Positions 18,806-27,927 of a DNA stretch of 64,000 bases are shown here, piece after piece. The translations under genes and the position numbers were made by a program. The notes beneath the pieces were generated by a model. It saw nothing but the letters and a program-made list of their open reading frames with translations, was not told the DNA's origin and did not search any database. This DNA is from Acidobacteriota bacterium (GTDB lineage Bacteria > Acidobacteriota > Vicinamibacteria > Vicinamibacterales > JAKQTR01): contig JBFMFH010000121.1 of assembly GCA_040752275.1 (NCBI GenBank), forward strand, positions 10,849 to 74,848, written 5' to 3'. The first letter of the stretch is position 1; each line of letters opens with the position of its first letter.

Positions 18806-21073
18806 CTAAAACCCTTTGTACGGGTTCGGTCCGAGGTCCCGAATCCGGTCCATGAACTCGTCGATGAGCGCGGGCAGCTTCCCGTACTCGTTGATCGCCA
18901 GCTGGGTCAGCTGGATGCGCTCCGATTCCAGCTGGAGACGCTGCAGCGTTTCCTTCACGTTCTCCAGCCGCCGGTTGGCCAGTTCGCTGCCCTGAACGAA
19001 GTGGCACTGGTAGTCGTCGCCGTACTTGCAGCCGACGAGCATCACGCCATCGATGCCGCCCGACAAAGCATCGGCGATCCATACGATGTTGAGCGATCCC
19101 AGACAGCGAAGCGGCACGACGCGGACGGAGGGGTCGTAGTGCACCCGGTTCAGGCCCGCGACGTCCAGTGCCGGGTAGGCGTCGTTCTCGCACATCAGGA
19201 CCAGGACGCGCGGCTTCTCCTCGTCCTCGTCCGGCACCTCGATTGCCTTGATCATCGAGGCGATCATGTCGACCGAGTAGTTCTTGAACGAGATGATGCG
19301 TTCGGGGCACGCCCCCATGCAGACGCCGCACCGACGGCAGCGGTAGACGTTGAGCTGCGGGGTCCCCTTGGGATCCTCGTCGAGGGTGCCGAAGGGGCAC
19401 TCCTCGGTGCAGCGCTTGCACTGGGTGCACCGCTGCAGGAAGAACGACGGGAACGACAGATCGCCGGCCCTGGGGTGCACGGCCGCGCCGCGCGAGGCGA
19501 GCTCGACGCTCTGGATGGCCTTCATCGCGGCCCCCATTGCGTCCTCCTGGGCGTGCGCACCATCCATCGGCGCGCGCACCGCGCCCGCCGCGTAGATCCC
19601 GGTCCGCCTGGTCTCATAGGGGAAGCAGACGAAGTGCGAGTCGGGGAAGCCGTACTTGTGCGCCGGCAGATCCGGTCCCTGCCGGTAGGTCAGGCACAAG
19701 ATCTCGGTGCCTTCGTGGTGAGCGAGGTCCGCGATCTTCTTCCGCGCGTCGGACTTCTGTGGCTCGGTGGCCTCGGCGCGCGCCAGCGTCGCTCTGGAGT
19801 CCTTGACCAGCCTGATGGCCGCGCCGTCAGCGGCGTTGGGCACCATGCCGGTGGCCAGGACGACCAGATCGGCCTCGATGCGGACCTGCTCGCCGACGAG
19901 GGTGTCCTTGACCGTGGCTGCCATCCGGCCGCCGCCGTCGGCTTCGACGCCGACGATCTCGCCCTTGGTGAGGAATGTCAGCGGGTGATCCTGCGCGGCG
20001 CGGTAGAACCGCTCGTACTGGCCTGGCGTGCGGATGTCCTTGTAGACGACGAACACGGCCGCGTCGGGGTTCTGCGCGTGGATCATCGTGGCGTGCTTCA
20101 GCGTGGCCATGCAGCAGGTCGACGAGCAGTAGGGCAGGTGCCGCTCGTCGCGGGAACCCGCGCACTGCACGAACAGCACGCTCATCACGGGCCGGCCGTC
20201 CGACGGCCGCACGATGGGACCGGCGGCGGCCAGGCGTTCGAACTCGACGTTCGTGATAACGTCGGGGCTCGCACCATAGCCGAGCTGCCCGAGCTTCGTC
20301 GCGTCGTACGGTCTCCAGCCGGTGGCCAGCACGATGGCCCCGACCCGGGTCTTCAGCTCGCCCGACTCGGCCGCGATCGTGACGTCGAACATGCCCGGCT
20401 GGCCGGAGGTCTCGCGGATGGTCGCGGAGGTGAGCACCTGGATCTTCGGGTGATAGCTCACCTGCTGGATCTGGGCGGCCACGCCGCCGGCCTGGAGGTC
20501 CGTGTAGGGCGGCGCGGTCGGGAACCGCTGGGCCAGCGCCGCCACGAACCCGCCGAGCCGTGGTGACTTCTCCACGAGCACGACGTCATAACCGGCGGTC
20601 GCCGCCTCGATCGCCGCCGTCATGCCGGCGACGCCGCCGCCGACCACTAGGAGGCGCTTCGAGATCTCGTCCTGCTGCGGCTCGAGCGGCTCGCTCTTCC
20701 GCACCTTGGTGACGCCCATGCGGAGGTAGTCCTCCGCCAGCATCTGCGTGTCTTCGTCGTTCGGTTTGTGGCACCAGATCACGTGCTCGCGCAGGTTGAC
20801 GCGATCCAGCACCATCAGCGGGTCGAACGAGAACGCGTCGGTCTTCACCCGCGGCGAACAGGCGGCAATCACGACGCCGTCGACGGTTTCCGAGGCGATG
20901 TCCCGGCGGATCAGGTCGACGCCCTCCGGCCCGCAGAGGAAGGAGTGCGCCTCGCACCGGGGCACCTTGAGCTCGGCGGTCGCGACCTTGACGAGCTTGC
21001 CGATGTCGAGCGACTGGCCGATTCCGCAGCCGCTGCAGATGTAGACGCCCGGCCGCTCAGCCATGGTGTGCAC
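18806..21073 (-). CDS. qmoB: QmoB (HdrA-like flavoprotein with MvhD-like C-terminus)
   Basis: 755 aa. FAD motif LLVVGGGVAGMTAAIEAA and several Fe-S motifs. The start may be MAERPG at 21064. It overlaps the qmoA stop. Confidence 0.88.
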   Translation of the reverse strand: MHTMAERPGVYICSGCGIGQSLDIGKLVKVATAELKVPRCEAHSFLCGPEGVDLIRRDIASETVDGVVIAACSPRVKTDAFSFDPLMVLDRVNLREHVIWCHKPNDEDTQMLAEDYLRMGVTKVRKSEPLEPQQDEISKRLLVVGGGVAGMTAAIEAATAGYDVVLVEKSPRLGGFVAALAQRFPTAPPYTDLQAGGVAAQIQQVSYHPKIQVLTSATIRETSGQPGMFDVTIAAESGELKTRVGAIVLATGWRPYDATKLGQLGYGASPDVITNVEFERLAAAGPIVRPSDGRPVMSVLFVQCAGSRDERHLPYCSSTCCMATLKHATMIHAQNPDAAVFVVYKDIRTPGQYERFYRAAQDHPLTFLTKGEIVGVEADGGGRMAATVKDTLVGEQVRIEADLVVLATGMVPNAADGAAIRLVKDSRATLARAEATEPQKSDARKKIADLAHHEGTEILCLTYRQGPDLPAHKYGFPDSHFVCFPYETRRTGIYAAGAVRAPMDGAHAQEDAMGAAMKAIQSVELASRGAAVHPRAGDLSFPSFFLQRCTQCKRCTEECPFGTLDEDPKGTPQLNVYRCRRCGVCMGACPERIISFKNYSVDMIASMIKAIEVPDEDEEKPRVLVLMCENDAYPALDVAGLNRVHYDPSVRVVPLRCLGSLNIVWIADALSGGIDGVMLVGCKYGDDYQCHFVQGSELANRRLENVKETLQRLQLESERIQLTQLAINEYGKLPALIDEFMDRIRDLGPNPYKGF

Positions 21074-22337
21074 TCCTCACGACGGCCTGGAGTGCCCTCA
21101 GCGCGGCGGCGGTGGCGTCCTGCACCGTTGCCGACACCTCCTCGGGACGCGTGACGCACCCGGCTCCGAGGAGCCCTATATGGCCGCCTACGCGCGTCAC
21201 GAACCCGTAGTCGTCCGTGGCAAACCCTGCCGGCAGGGTGGCGGTCTGCGGCACGATGCCCGTCGCGAGCACCAGCATGCCAACCCGCTGGGTCACCTTC
21301 TTCCCGCTCTGCACGTCCTCCGCCGTCACGATGAGATCATGGGTCGCGGCGTCTTCCGTCACCTGTCCGACCTTGCCCTTGACGAGCGACAGGTGCGGGT
21401 CCGACGCGACCTTCGCACGGAAGTCCTCGAGGCGGCCTGGTGTGCGGATGTCGATGTAGAAGATGGTCGCGGGCACTTCCGGGTAGAGATCGCGCAGATA
21501 CGTGGCCTGCTTCAGCGAAGCGGCGCAGCATACGGCCGAGCAGTACGGCAGGTGGTTCTCGTCGCGCGAGCCGGCGCACTGGACGAATGCCACCGACGAT
21601 GGGGCCGCGCCGTCCGACGGCCGCACGATCCGCCCCCTGGTCGGGCCGTCCGGGGCGGCGTACCGCTCCAGCATCACGTTGGTGATCACGTTGGGGAACC
21701 TGCCGAAACCCAGGTTGTCGATCTTCGCCGCGTCGTACGGCGCCCAGCCTGTCGCGGCCACGGCAGCGGCCACCTTGACGGTCCGGCGTTCCGGCTGCTG
21801 GCCGAGGTCGACGGCCCCGTACGAGCAGGCGTCTCGGCACGCGGTGCAGCCATCCCGGCAGGCGGCGCGGTCGATGACGTAGGCCGCCGGAAACGCCATC
21901 TTGTGGGGCAGATACACCGCCTTCGTCGTTCCCATCCCCAGGTTGAACTCATCGGCTCGTTCGGCAGGGCACACCCGGGTGCACTCGTCGCAGAGCGTGC
22001 AGGCGTCGGTGACGAAGCGGGGGGCGATCGTGATGGTCGCCTCGAGATCGCCCGGCGTGCCACGGAGGCTGTCGACCGTGGCTTGCGTCAGCACCTGGAT
22101 GTGCGGATTGCCCTTCAGCCGTTTGAAGTTGATCTCCAGCCCGCATCCCGGCGGGCAGAGCTTCGGAAAGTACCGGTAGCTGCGCGCGACGCGCCCCCCG
22201 AGGTACGGGAGCGACTCGGCCAGAATGACCTCGCAGCCGGATTCGGCTGCTTCGACTGCCGTCGTCACGCCGGCGATGCCGCCTCCGATGACCAGGATGG
22301 GCTTTCCGGCAGTCCTGTGAACCTGCGTCGTCGTCAT
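21057..22337 (-). CDS. qmoA: QmoA (HdrA-like flavoprotein)
   Basis: 426 aa. ILVIGGGIAGVTTAVEAAESG and the HdrA-like FVQCAGSRD motif. Confidence 0.88.
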   Translation of the reverse strand: MTTTQVHRTAGKPILVIGGGIAGVTTAVEAAESGCEVILAESLPYLGGRVARSYRYFPKLCPPGCGLEINFKRLKGNPHIQVLTQATVDSLRGTPGDLEATITIAPRFVTDACTLCDECTRVCPAERADEFNLGMGTTKAVYLPHKMAFPAAYVIDRAACRDGCTACRDACSYGAVDLGQQPERRTVKVAAAVAATGWAPYDAAKIDNLGFGRFPNVITNVMLERYAAPDGPTRGRIVRPSDGAAPSSVAFVQCAGSRDENHLPYCSAVCCAASLKQATYLRDLYPEVPATIFYIDIRTPGRLEDFRAKVASDPHLSLVKGKVGQVTEDAATHDLIVTAEDVQSGKKVTQRVGMLVLATGIVPQTATLPAGFATDDYGFVTRVGGHIGLLGAGCVTRPEEVSATVQDATAAALRALQAVVRSAHHG

Positions 22338-22367
22338 CGTCGTGCCTGTGGTCTCCTCGGGCCGCGC

Positions 22368-23183
22368 CTACCGGCCCGCAGCCGCCATGGCCTGGCGCTT
22401 GGCTTCCATGACGGCCGGCTGGATCTTCATGCTCTTCTCGCCAAACAGCGCGAAACGGAGCCACTGCATGGCGAACTCGAGCAGATCGTCGTCGTTCGTG
22501 CGCATGGCGTCGACGCGTGCTTCGTCGACCACGAAGGTCTGGAGGAAGCGACTCTCGAACACGAACCGCCGGAAGCGGTCCAGATCGAAGCACGCCATGT
22601 AGTACAGGTCCATCTGCGCCGGCGTCAGGCCCTCGGTCCCGTCCCAGAACTCGTGCAGCATGAGCGCCTTGAACGAGGCGCCCATCATGTCGTATTCCTC
22701 GATCCCCTGGTCCTCGATCCACTCCCGGACCGTGTACTCGCGCCCCTGGCCGTGTCCCTGGCAGAGAGCCTCGCGCAGCAGGAAGTGAAACGCCCGGTCA
22801 TCGGGCGTCGACTGCCTGGGCTCGGCGGCGCCGAGCGGGTACATGCGGCACGCCCAGGGACGATGGCGATAGACGGAGCATCCGCCGGGGCCGACGAACG
22901 GGCACGCCTTCGACTCGTCGTTCATCTTCAGCAGCACGACCGGGAACTTCTGGTCCTTCGTGAACGGCGAGATCGTGTGCTTCTGCAGAAACTCCGACGA
23001 GTCGATGCCGAGCGCACGCTTCATGCGCAACACGTCGTAGGGAGTGAGGACAATCGATACGTCCGCGCAGCAGTGCGTGAAGCACTCGAGGCCGCGGTCG
23101 CAGCGGAACGTGAACCGATCGTCAAGGGTCATTCTCGGAAGGTCGCGCAGGATGTGTGCTTGGACCGACTGGTCGTTCGACAT
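22368..23183 (-). CDS. YkgJ/UPF0153 family cysteine-cluster (CxxCxxCC-type) protein
   Basis: FRCDRGLECFTHCCADVSIVLTPYDV and ACPFVGPGGCSVYRHRPWACRMYP match the YkgJ zinc/iron-chelating domain pattern. Located between aprA and qmoA. Confidence 0.7.
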   Translation of the reverse strand: MSNDQSVQAHILRDLPRMTLDDRFTFRCDRGLECFTHCCADVSIVLTPYDVLRMKRALGIDSSEFLQKHTISPFTKDQKFPVVLLKMNDESKACPFVGPGGCSVYRHRPWACRMYPLGAAEPRQSTPDDRAFHFLLREALCQGHGQGREYTVREWIEDQGIEEYDMMGASFKALMLHEFWDGTEGLTPAQMDLYYMACFDLDRFRRFVFESRFLQTFVVDEARVDAMRTNDDDLLEFAMQWLRFALFGEKSMKIQPAVMEAKRQAMAAAGR

Positions 23184-23185
23184 GG

Positions 23186-23461
23186 TCAGGGAGCCTCATC
23201 GTCCAGGATGCTGCTCCGGAGCGCATCCTTGGACCAGACAGGGAGCGGACCCGTCTCGCCGGTGGCGGGGTCCATTCGGAAGCGGTACGACGAGTGCGCG
23301 CCGAACTGATGTTCCATCCAGGCCCAGCCGCGAACGAAGTAGGGGCAGTCGTCGTTGAAGCAGACGTATTGGAACTCCCCCACCCACGACCCCATCGGGG
23401 GGTTCTGCCACCGCTTCATGGAACTCTGGCAGTGCGGGCAGATGGGTGTTCCAGCAGTCAT
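23186..23461 (-). CDS. Small Cys-rich (zinc-ribbon-like) protein of unknown function
   Basis: 91 aa, MTAGTPICPHCQSSMKRW...YVCFNDDCPYF (CxxC...CxxxxC). Its stop is 2 nt from the YkgJ-like start, and the codon third-position GC is typical of coding sequence here. Confidence 0.6.
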   Translation of the reverse strand: MTAGTPICPHCQSSMKRWQNPPMGSWVGEFQYVCFNDDCPYFVRGWAWMEHQFGAHSSYRFRMDPATGETGPLPVWSKDALRSSILDDEAP

Positions 23462-23503
23462 GCGGATCCTCGAGGCCGGCGGGGGCGCGGGTCGGGCTGG
23501 GCG

Positions 23504-23536
23504 CCGGAGGCCTCCGCTCCGTGCGGGGGCCTCCGG
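23504..23536 (-). other. Stable hairpin 15-47 nt downstream of the aprA stop (9-bp GC-rich stem, 15-nt loop)
   Basis: CCGGAGGCC at 23504-23512 is the exact reverse complement of GGCCTCCGG at 23528-23536. No U-tract follows on the minus strand, so it is not a canonical intrinsic terminator. Confidence 0.35.
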
Positions 23537-23550
23537 TCACCGTCGTGTCG

Positions 23551-25446
23551 CTAGAAGATGTGCTTGATCGGCCGCTTCGTCATCTCCCACGTGTTGGCGT
23601 TCGGGTCGAACCGGCAGTTGGCGAAGACCAGCCAGTTCTCCTGGTCGATCTTGGCCTTGTCGGCCCTGAAGTAGTAGCCGGGCCAGCGCGTCTCCTCGCG
23701 GAACAGCATCGTGCGGACGTGCGCCTCGGCCTGCCACATGCGGTGGACGTTTTCCCAGCACCGCATGAGCTCGTGGTGGTTCTCCGCGGCGAGCTTCACG
23801 GCATCGTCCCTGAGGAAGCCGAGCAACTCGAGCGCGCGGTTGAGCTGCGCCTCGTTGGTCGCGAAGCCGGAACTCACGCCGCCTGCGTACTCGTCCATCA
23901 GCTTCTGCAGGCGGAACATGAACATTCGCGGCTTCAGGTAGTTGGGGTTGATCTCCGGATCCGTCGTGGCGCCCTTGAACTGCTGGAAGGTGTCGAGCGG
24001 CTGCAGGATCTCCGCCTTCAGGGCGTCGATGGTCTTCTGGTCCACCTTGGGCATCGTGTTGTTCTCGACGACGAACTTCACGGCCGACTTGGCAGCGATG
24101 CGGCCCTCGGCGTGGGAGCCGGACGAGAACTTGTGGCTCGACGCGCCCGACGCGTCACCCGCGCAGAACAGCCCGGTGACGGTTGCCATGTTGGTGTAGC
24201 CCCAGAAGTAGTCCTTCTTCGTGGCGTCGGTCTGCAGATCCTCCGGACCGCTCACCCACGCGCCGGACGCTCCCGAGTGCGAGCCGATGAAGTACGGTTC
24301 GGCGGCGGCGATCTCGGAGCTCTTCTCCTCGGGCTGCACGTTCGTGGCCGCCCACAGGATGGCCTGGGAGATGGTCATGTCGAGGAAGTCCTCCCACGCC
24401 TCGGACTCGAGCTCCTTCATCTTCTTCTTGTAGACCTTCTCGTCGTCCTTGTAGGTGTCGGCGATCTTCTGGATGGCCTCTTCGGTCCTCATGAAGATCG
24501 GGCCCTTGCCCTCCTGGACGTCGAGCATGCCGAGGTAGTTGCGCAGGTTCGCCGGAATCGGTTTCACCCGGCCGTACGGGCCCCAGTTGTCGAGCTCGGC
24601 CTTCCGCTCGACCATGTACTCGCCGCCCATCGCGTTGGTCGCCCGCGACTTGAAGAGCAGGAACCACGCGCCGACCGGGCCGTACGCATCCTTGAAGCGA
24701 ACCGGGATGAAGCGCACTTCCTGGCAGGTCATCTCGGCGCCGGCCTTCAGGGTGAAGTAGGCCGACGAGCCGGAGTTCCATGGCGGGTACCAGGCGCGGC
24801 CGAGGCCCTCACCCGAGCTGCGCGGCTTGAAGACGTGCACCGCGCCACCCATGGCCACCAGCGTGGCCTTGGCCTTGAACACGTAGAACTTGTCCTCGCG
24901 GACCGAGAAGCCCACGGCCCCGGCGACGCGGTTGCCGTCCATGATCGGACCGACGATGAAGACACGCTCGTAGATCTCGCCCACGCCGCTCTGCAGCAGG
25001 GCGTTCTTCGCGGCCTCGGCGACGACAACCTTGTACGACTCGCCGTTGATCATCAGCTGCCAGCGGCCCTCGTGCACGTACCCGCCGTTCTCGTCCTTCC
25101 AGATCGGCAGGCCCCACTTCTCGAACAGGTGCACGGTCGAGTCGACGTGGCGGGCGATGTTGGCCACGAGATCCTCGCGGGTCACACCCATCAGGTCGTT
25201 GCGCACGTAGTCGACGTAGTCCTTGACGGTGTTCTGGCCGTCCTTCAGGCCCACGTACTGATTGATCGCCGACAGGCCCATGGCCACGGCACCCGAGCGA
25301 TCCACGGCGGCCTTGTCGACCAGCGTGACCTTGAGGCCGTTCTGTTTCGCCCAGTACGCCGCCTCGACCGCCGCGCCGCAGGCAGCCATGCCGCCGCCCA
25401 GGATGAGGAGGTCGGTTTCAACAACGACAGTTTCGAAGTTCGCCAT
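23551..25446 (-). CDS. aprA: Adenylylsulfate (APS) reductase alpha subunit
   Basis: 631 aa. MANFETVVVETDLLILGGGMAACGAA FAD motif and AprA-type length and sequence throughout. Confidence 0.93.
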   Translation of the reverse strand: MANFETVVVETDLLILGGGMAACGAAVEAAYWAKQNGLKVTLVDKAAVDRSGAVAMGLSAINQYVGLKDGQNTVKDYVDYVRNDLMGVTREDLVANIARHVDSTVHLFEKWGLPIWKDENGGYVHEGRWQLMINGESYKVVVAEAAKNALLQSGVGEIYERVFIVGPIMDGNRVAGAVGFSVREDKFYVFKAKATLVAMGGAVHVFKPRSSGEGLGRAWYPPWNSGSSAYFTLKAGAEMTCQEVRFIPVRFKDAYGPVGAWFLLFKSRATNAMGGEYMVERKAELDNWGPYGRVKPIPANLRNYLGMLDVQEGKGPIFMRTEEAIQKIADTYKDDEKVYKKKMKELESEAWEDFLDMTISQAILWAATNVQPEEKSSEIAAAEPYFIGSHSGASGAWVSGPEDLQTDATKKDYFWGYTNMATVTGLFCAGDASGASSHKFSSGSHAEGRIAAKSAVKFVVENNTMPKVDQKTIDALKAEILQPLDTFQQFKGATTDPEINPNYLKPRMFMFRLQKLMDEYAGGVSSGFATNEAQLNRALELLGFLRDDAVKLAAENHHELMRCWENVHRMWQAEAHVRTMLFREETRWPGYYFRADKAKIDQENWLVFANCRFDPNANTWEMTKRPIKHIF

Positions 25447-25464
25447 TGCGGTTCCTCCCCTTCC

Positions 25465-25905
25465 CTACTTCTTCAGGGTGTAGACTTCGGCCAGGCCGGT
25501 GGAGTCGGGCTCGGTGAACAGCGCGGGGCTGTTCAGGTCGGCCTTCGTCGTCCAGCCGCCGTCCGGTACGGCCTTGCCTTCTGCCGTCGTCCGGATGGGG
25601 AACTTGAACCGCTTCACGCTGCCGTTGCGGAACTTGACGGTCCACATGATCGAGTCGGTGGAGCGCAGCGGCGTGCAGCTCGCACCCATCGGCACGAAGT
25701 CTGCGTACCCGCGCACCTCGACGGCCTGCGTGGGGCAGATCTTCACGCAGTTGTAGCATTCCCAGCACATCGAGACATCGCGGTTGTACGCCTTCATGAG
25801 CTCCTTGTTGAGCACCATGAGGTCGTTCGGGCAAATGTGCTGGCAGGCGGTCTTGTCGAGCGCCTTGCAGCCATCACACTTGTCGGGGTTCACGTAACTT
25901 GGCAT
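25465..25905 (-). CDS. aprB: Adenylylsulfate (APS) reductase beta subunit
   Basis: 146 aa. MPSYVNPDKCDGCKALDKTACQHICPNDLM and CWECYNCVKICP ferredoxin motifs plus the AprB C-terminal tail. Confidence 0.93.
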   Translation of the reverse strand: MPSYVNPDKCDGCKALDKTACQHICPNDLMVLNKELMKAYNRDVSMCWECYNCVKICPTQAVEVRGYADFVPMGASCTPLRSTDSIMWTVKFRNGSVKRFKFPIRTTAEGKAVPDGGWTTKADLNSPALFTEPDSTGLAEVYTLKK

Positions 25906-25941
25906 TCCGCTACCTCCTAGGATGAGTGCGCCGTACGTCGG

Positions 25942-26808
25942 TCAGTGAACAGGGAGAGCCTTGCCGGCCCGCGGGTCCCCTGGCCGCCCGGGACGGCGGC
26001 CCCGCGTCCGTCGGAACCGCGCCACCAGAGCATCGATCCCGAACCCGAGAGTCATCATCAGTGCCACGGCCAGCGTCCCGTACACGGTGGCCCGGCTGTC
26101 GGCGAAGTCCCGCACCGTGGCCGCCACGCCAACTTCGCGGACCGCCACGCCAGCCGTGGCGCGGCCGACCACTTCGCCGCCGCGGCACTCGTAGACGGTC
26201 GCGTCGTAGCGACCCGGGGGCACGGTACTGGGCCAGACGAAGTCCAGGCCGTAGCGGGCACCGCCCTGCGGGAGCCGCTCGACGTGAACGGCGTCGGCGT
26301 CGAACCGGAACCGTCCCTCCACAATCTTCAGCTCCACGTAGTTCTCGCGAATCCGTGGCTCGTCCGCCTCGGCCGGGGCCACGGCCATCCGGCCAATGAC
26401 CGCCGTCGCGTCCAGCAGTTCACGATCGATGACGTCGCGCCTGAGGAACGCGTCCACGGGCATCGCACTGAAGACGTGCAGGACCGACGGCACGCCGGCG
26501 ACGTGGACCTGGCCCGAGGCAATCCAGATCGGGCCGAACCGGGCCTTGCGGTTGAAGGACTCGCGGGCGTCGGCGCCGGCGACGACCACCACGACCTGTG
26601 CGCCGTCGGCCACACGCCCGCTCGCCGTCAGCCTCGTCCCGCTCGAGAACATCCCCATCTCGATCGCCGGAGGCTCCAGCGCGATCGTCGGCGCGGCAGC
26701 ATCGGCCTGGGCCGTCCCGGCGGAGGCCGGACAGACGGCCGCGAGGAGCAGGATCAGGACCGCGGAAGACCGAATCACCCGCGTCACGTCAGTGTCCCTT
26801 CGCGGCAT
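25942..26808 (-). CDS. Secreted/membrane-anchored protein, TIGR02186 (Alph_Pro_TM)-like (tentative)
   Basis: Signal peptide (VLILLLAAVCPASAGTAQA) and a C-terminal TM helix (VYGTLAVALMMTLGFGI). The FNRKARFGPIWIASG motif and pairing with a DUF81/TauE gene match what I remember for this family. The start is uncertain (26808 or the GTG at 26787). Confidence 0.45.
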   Translation of the reverse strand: MPRRDTDVTRVIRSSAVLILLLAAVCPASAGTAQADAAAPTIALEPPAIEMGMFSSGTRLTASGRVADGAQVVVVVAGADARESFNRKARFGPIWIASGQVHVAGVPSVLHVFSAMPVDAFLRRDVIDRELLDATAVIGRMAVAPAEADEPRIRENYVELKIVEGRFRFDADAVHVERLPQGGARYGLDFVWPSTVPPGRYDATVYECRGGEVVGRATAGVAVREVGVAATVRDFADSRATVYGTLAVALMMTLGFGIDALVARFRRTRGRRPGRPGDPRAGKALPVH

Positions 26809-27712
26809 AGGACAGCAGGCTGTCCGGGGTCATGATGACGCCGATGGTCATCTTCGCCATGACGATAAGGACGATGATGGCCAGCACGATCTTGAGCTGG
26901 TCACCGCGCAGGAGCCGGCCGACCCGCGCGCCGATCTGGGCACCGATGGTCGACCCGGCGGCGATGATCAGCGCCAGGACGACGTCCACCGTGTGGTTCG
27001 TCGCGGCCTGCATGATGGTCAGGCCCGCGCAGGTGAACAGGATCTGGAACAGGTCTGTGCCGATCGCCACGTGCATGGGCATCCGCAGCAGGTAGACCAT
27101 CATCGGCACCATGATGAACCCGCCGCCCACACCCATGATGGCCGCGAGGACACCCACCATTGCGCATAGAACGAACGGCAAGAAGATCGAGTGCTGGACG
27201 CCCGAGCGCGGAAACTGCATCTGCAGCGGGAGCCGGCCGAACAGCCCGGCGCCCCCCCGGCGCCGCCCCGACGGCGCCGTCGATGCCATCGCCCCGCGGC
27301 GCAGGCCCTGCCAGCTCTCGATCAGCATGTAGGTGCCCAGGCTGCCGAGCACGACGATGTAGGTGACGGTGATCACGAAGTCCGCGTTGCCCAGCGCCCT
27401 GAGCACGCGGATGACTTGCACGCCGATGGCGGCGCCGGTGAGGCCGCCAAGCAGCAGCACGCTGCCGAGTTTCAGATCGACGTTGCCGAGGCGGAAGTGG
27501 GCGGCCATCCCCGACGACGATGTCGCGACGATCGCGTTGGTGTCGGAGGCGGCTGCCACGGTGGGCGGGACGCCGATCATCATGAGGATCGGCGTGAGCA
27601 GGAAGCCGCCGCCGACGCCGAGCAGCCCCGAAAGGAAGCCGACCATCCCACCCGCTCCGACGAGCAGGAAGAGGTTGATGGTCACGCCGGCGACCGGCAA
27701 GAAGATGTCCAA
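26789..27712 (-). CDS. TauE/SafE (TSUP, DUF81) family anion permease, short classical form
   Basis: 307 aa. Two internal repeats, each with GVGGGF(L/I)xxP motifs (GLLGVGGGFLLTPIL; IMGVGGGFIMVPMM). Confidence 0.85.
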   Translation of the reverse strand: MDIFLPVAGVTINLFLLVGAGGMVGFLSGLLGVGGGFLLTPILMMIGVPPTVAAASDTNAIVATSSSGMAAHFRLGNVDLKLGSVLLLGGLTGAAIGVQVIRVLRALGNADFVITVTYIVVLGSLGTYMLIESWQGLRRGAMASTAPSGRRRGGAGLFGRLPLQMQFPRSGVQHSIFLPFVLCAMVGVLAAIMGVGGGFIMVPMMVYLLRMPMHVAIGTDLFQILFTCAGLTIMQAATNHTVDVVLALIIAAGSTIGAQIGARVGRLLRGDQLKIVLAIIVLIVMAKMTIGVIMTPDSLLSYAAKGH

Positions 27713-27897
27713 CCGTACGCTCCGACGACGCTGTCAGGTCTGCGTGTCGACCGGTGGGCTGCCGAGGGCGGTCGTATGACGACCCCGGAACACCGCAGGC
27801 CGAACTGGATCTCGTGGGGGCGTGACTCCGGAGGGGGCTGGCGGCGGGCGTCGCGGTCTCGCGTTCCCGCGCGGGGACCAGCGGCACACCCAAGAGG

Positions 27898-27927
27898 ACG
27901 ATACGGTCTTGCGAGCCAATATGTCAA
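27898..27927 (-). promoter_or_regulatory. Candidate sigma-70 promoter (TTGACA-N18-TATCGT) inside an AT-rich island upstream of the TauE-aprBA string
   Basis: On the minus strand, TTGACA is the complement of 27922-27927 and TATCGT the complement of 27898-27903. The local GC drop is read directly. No experimental support. Confidence 0.25.
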
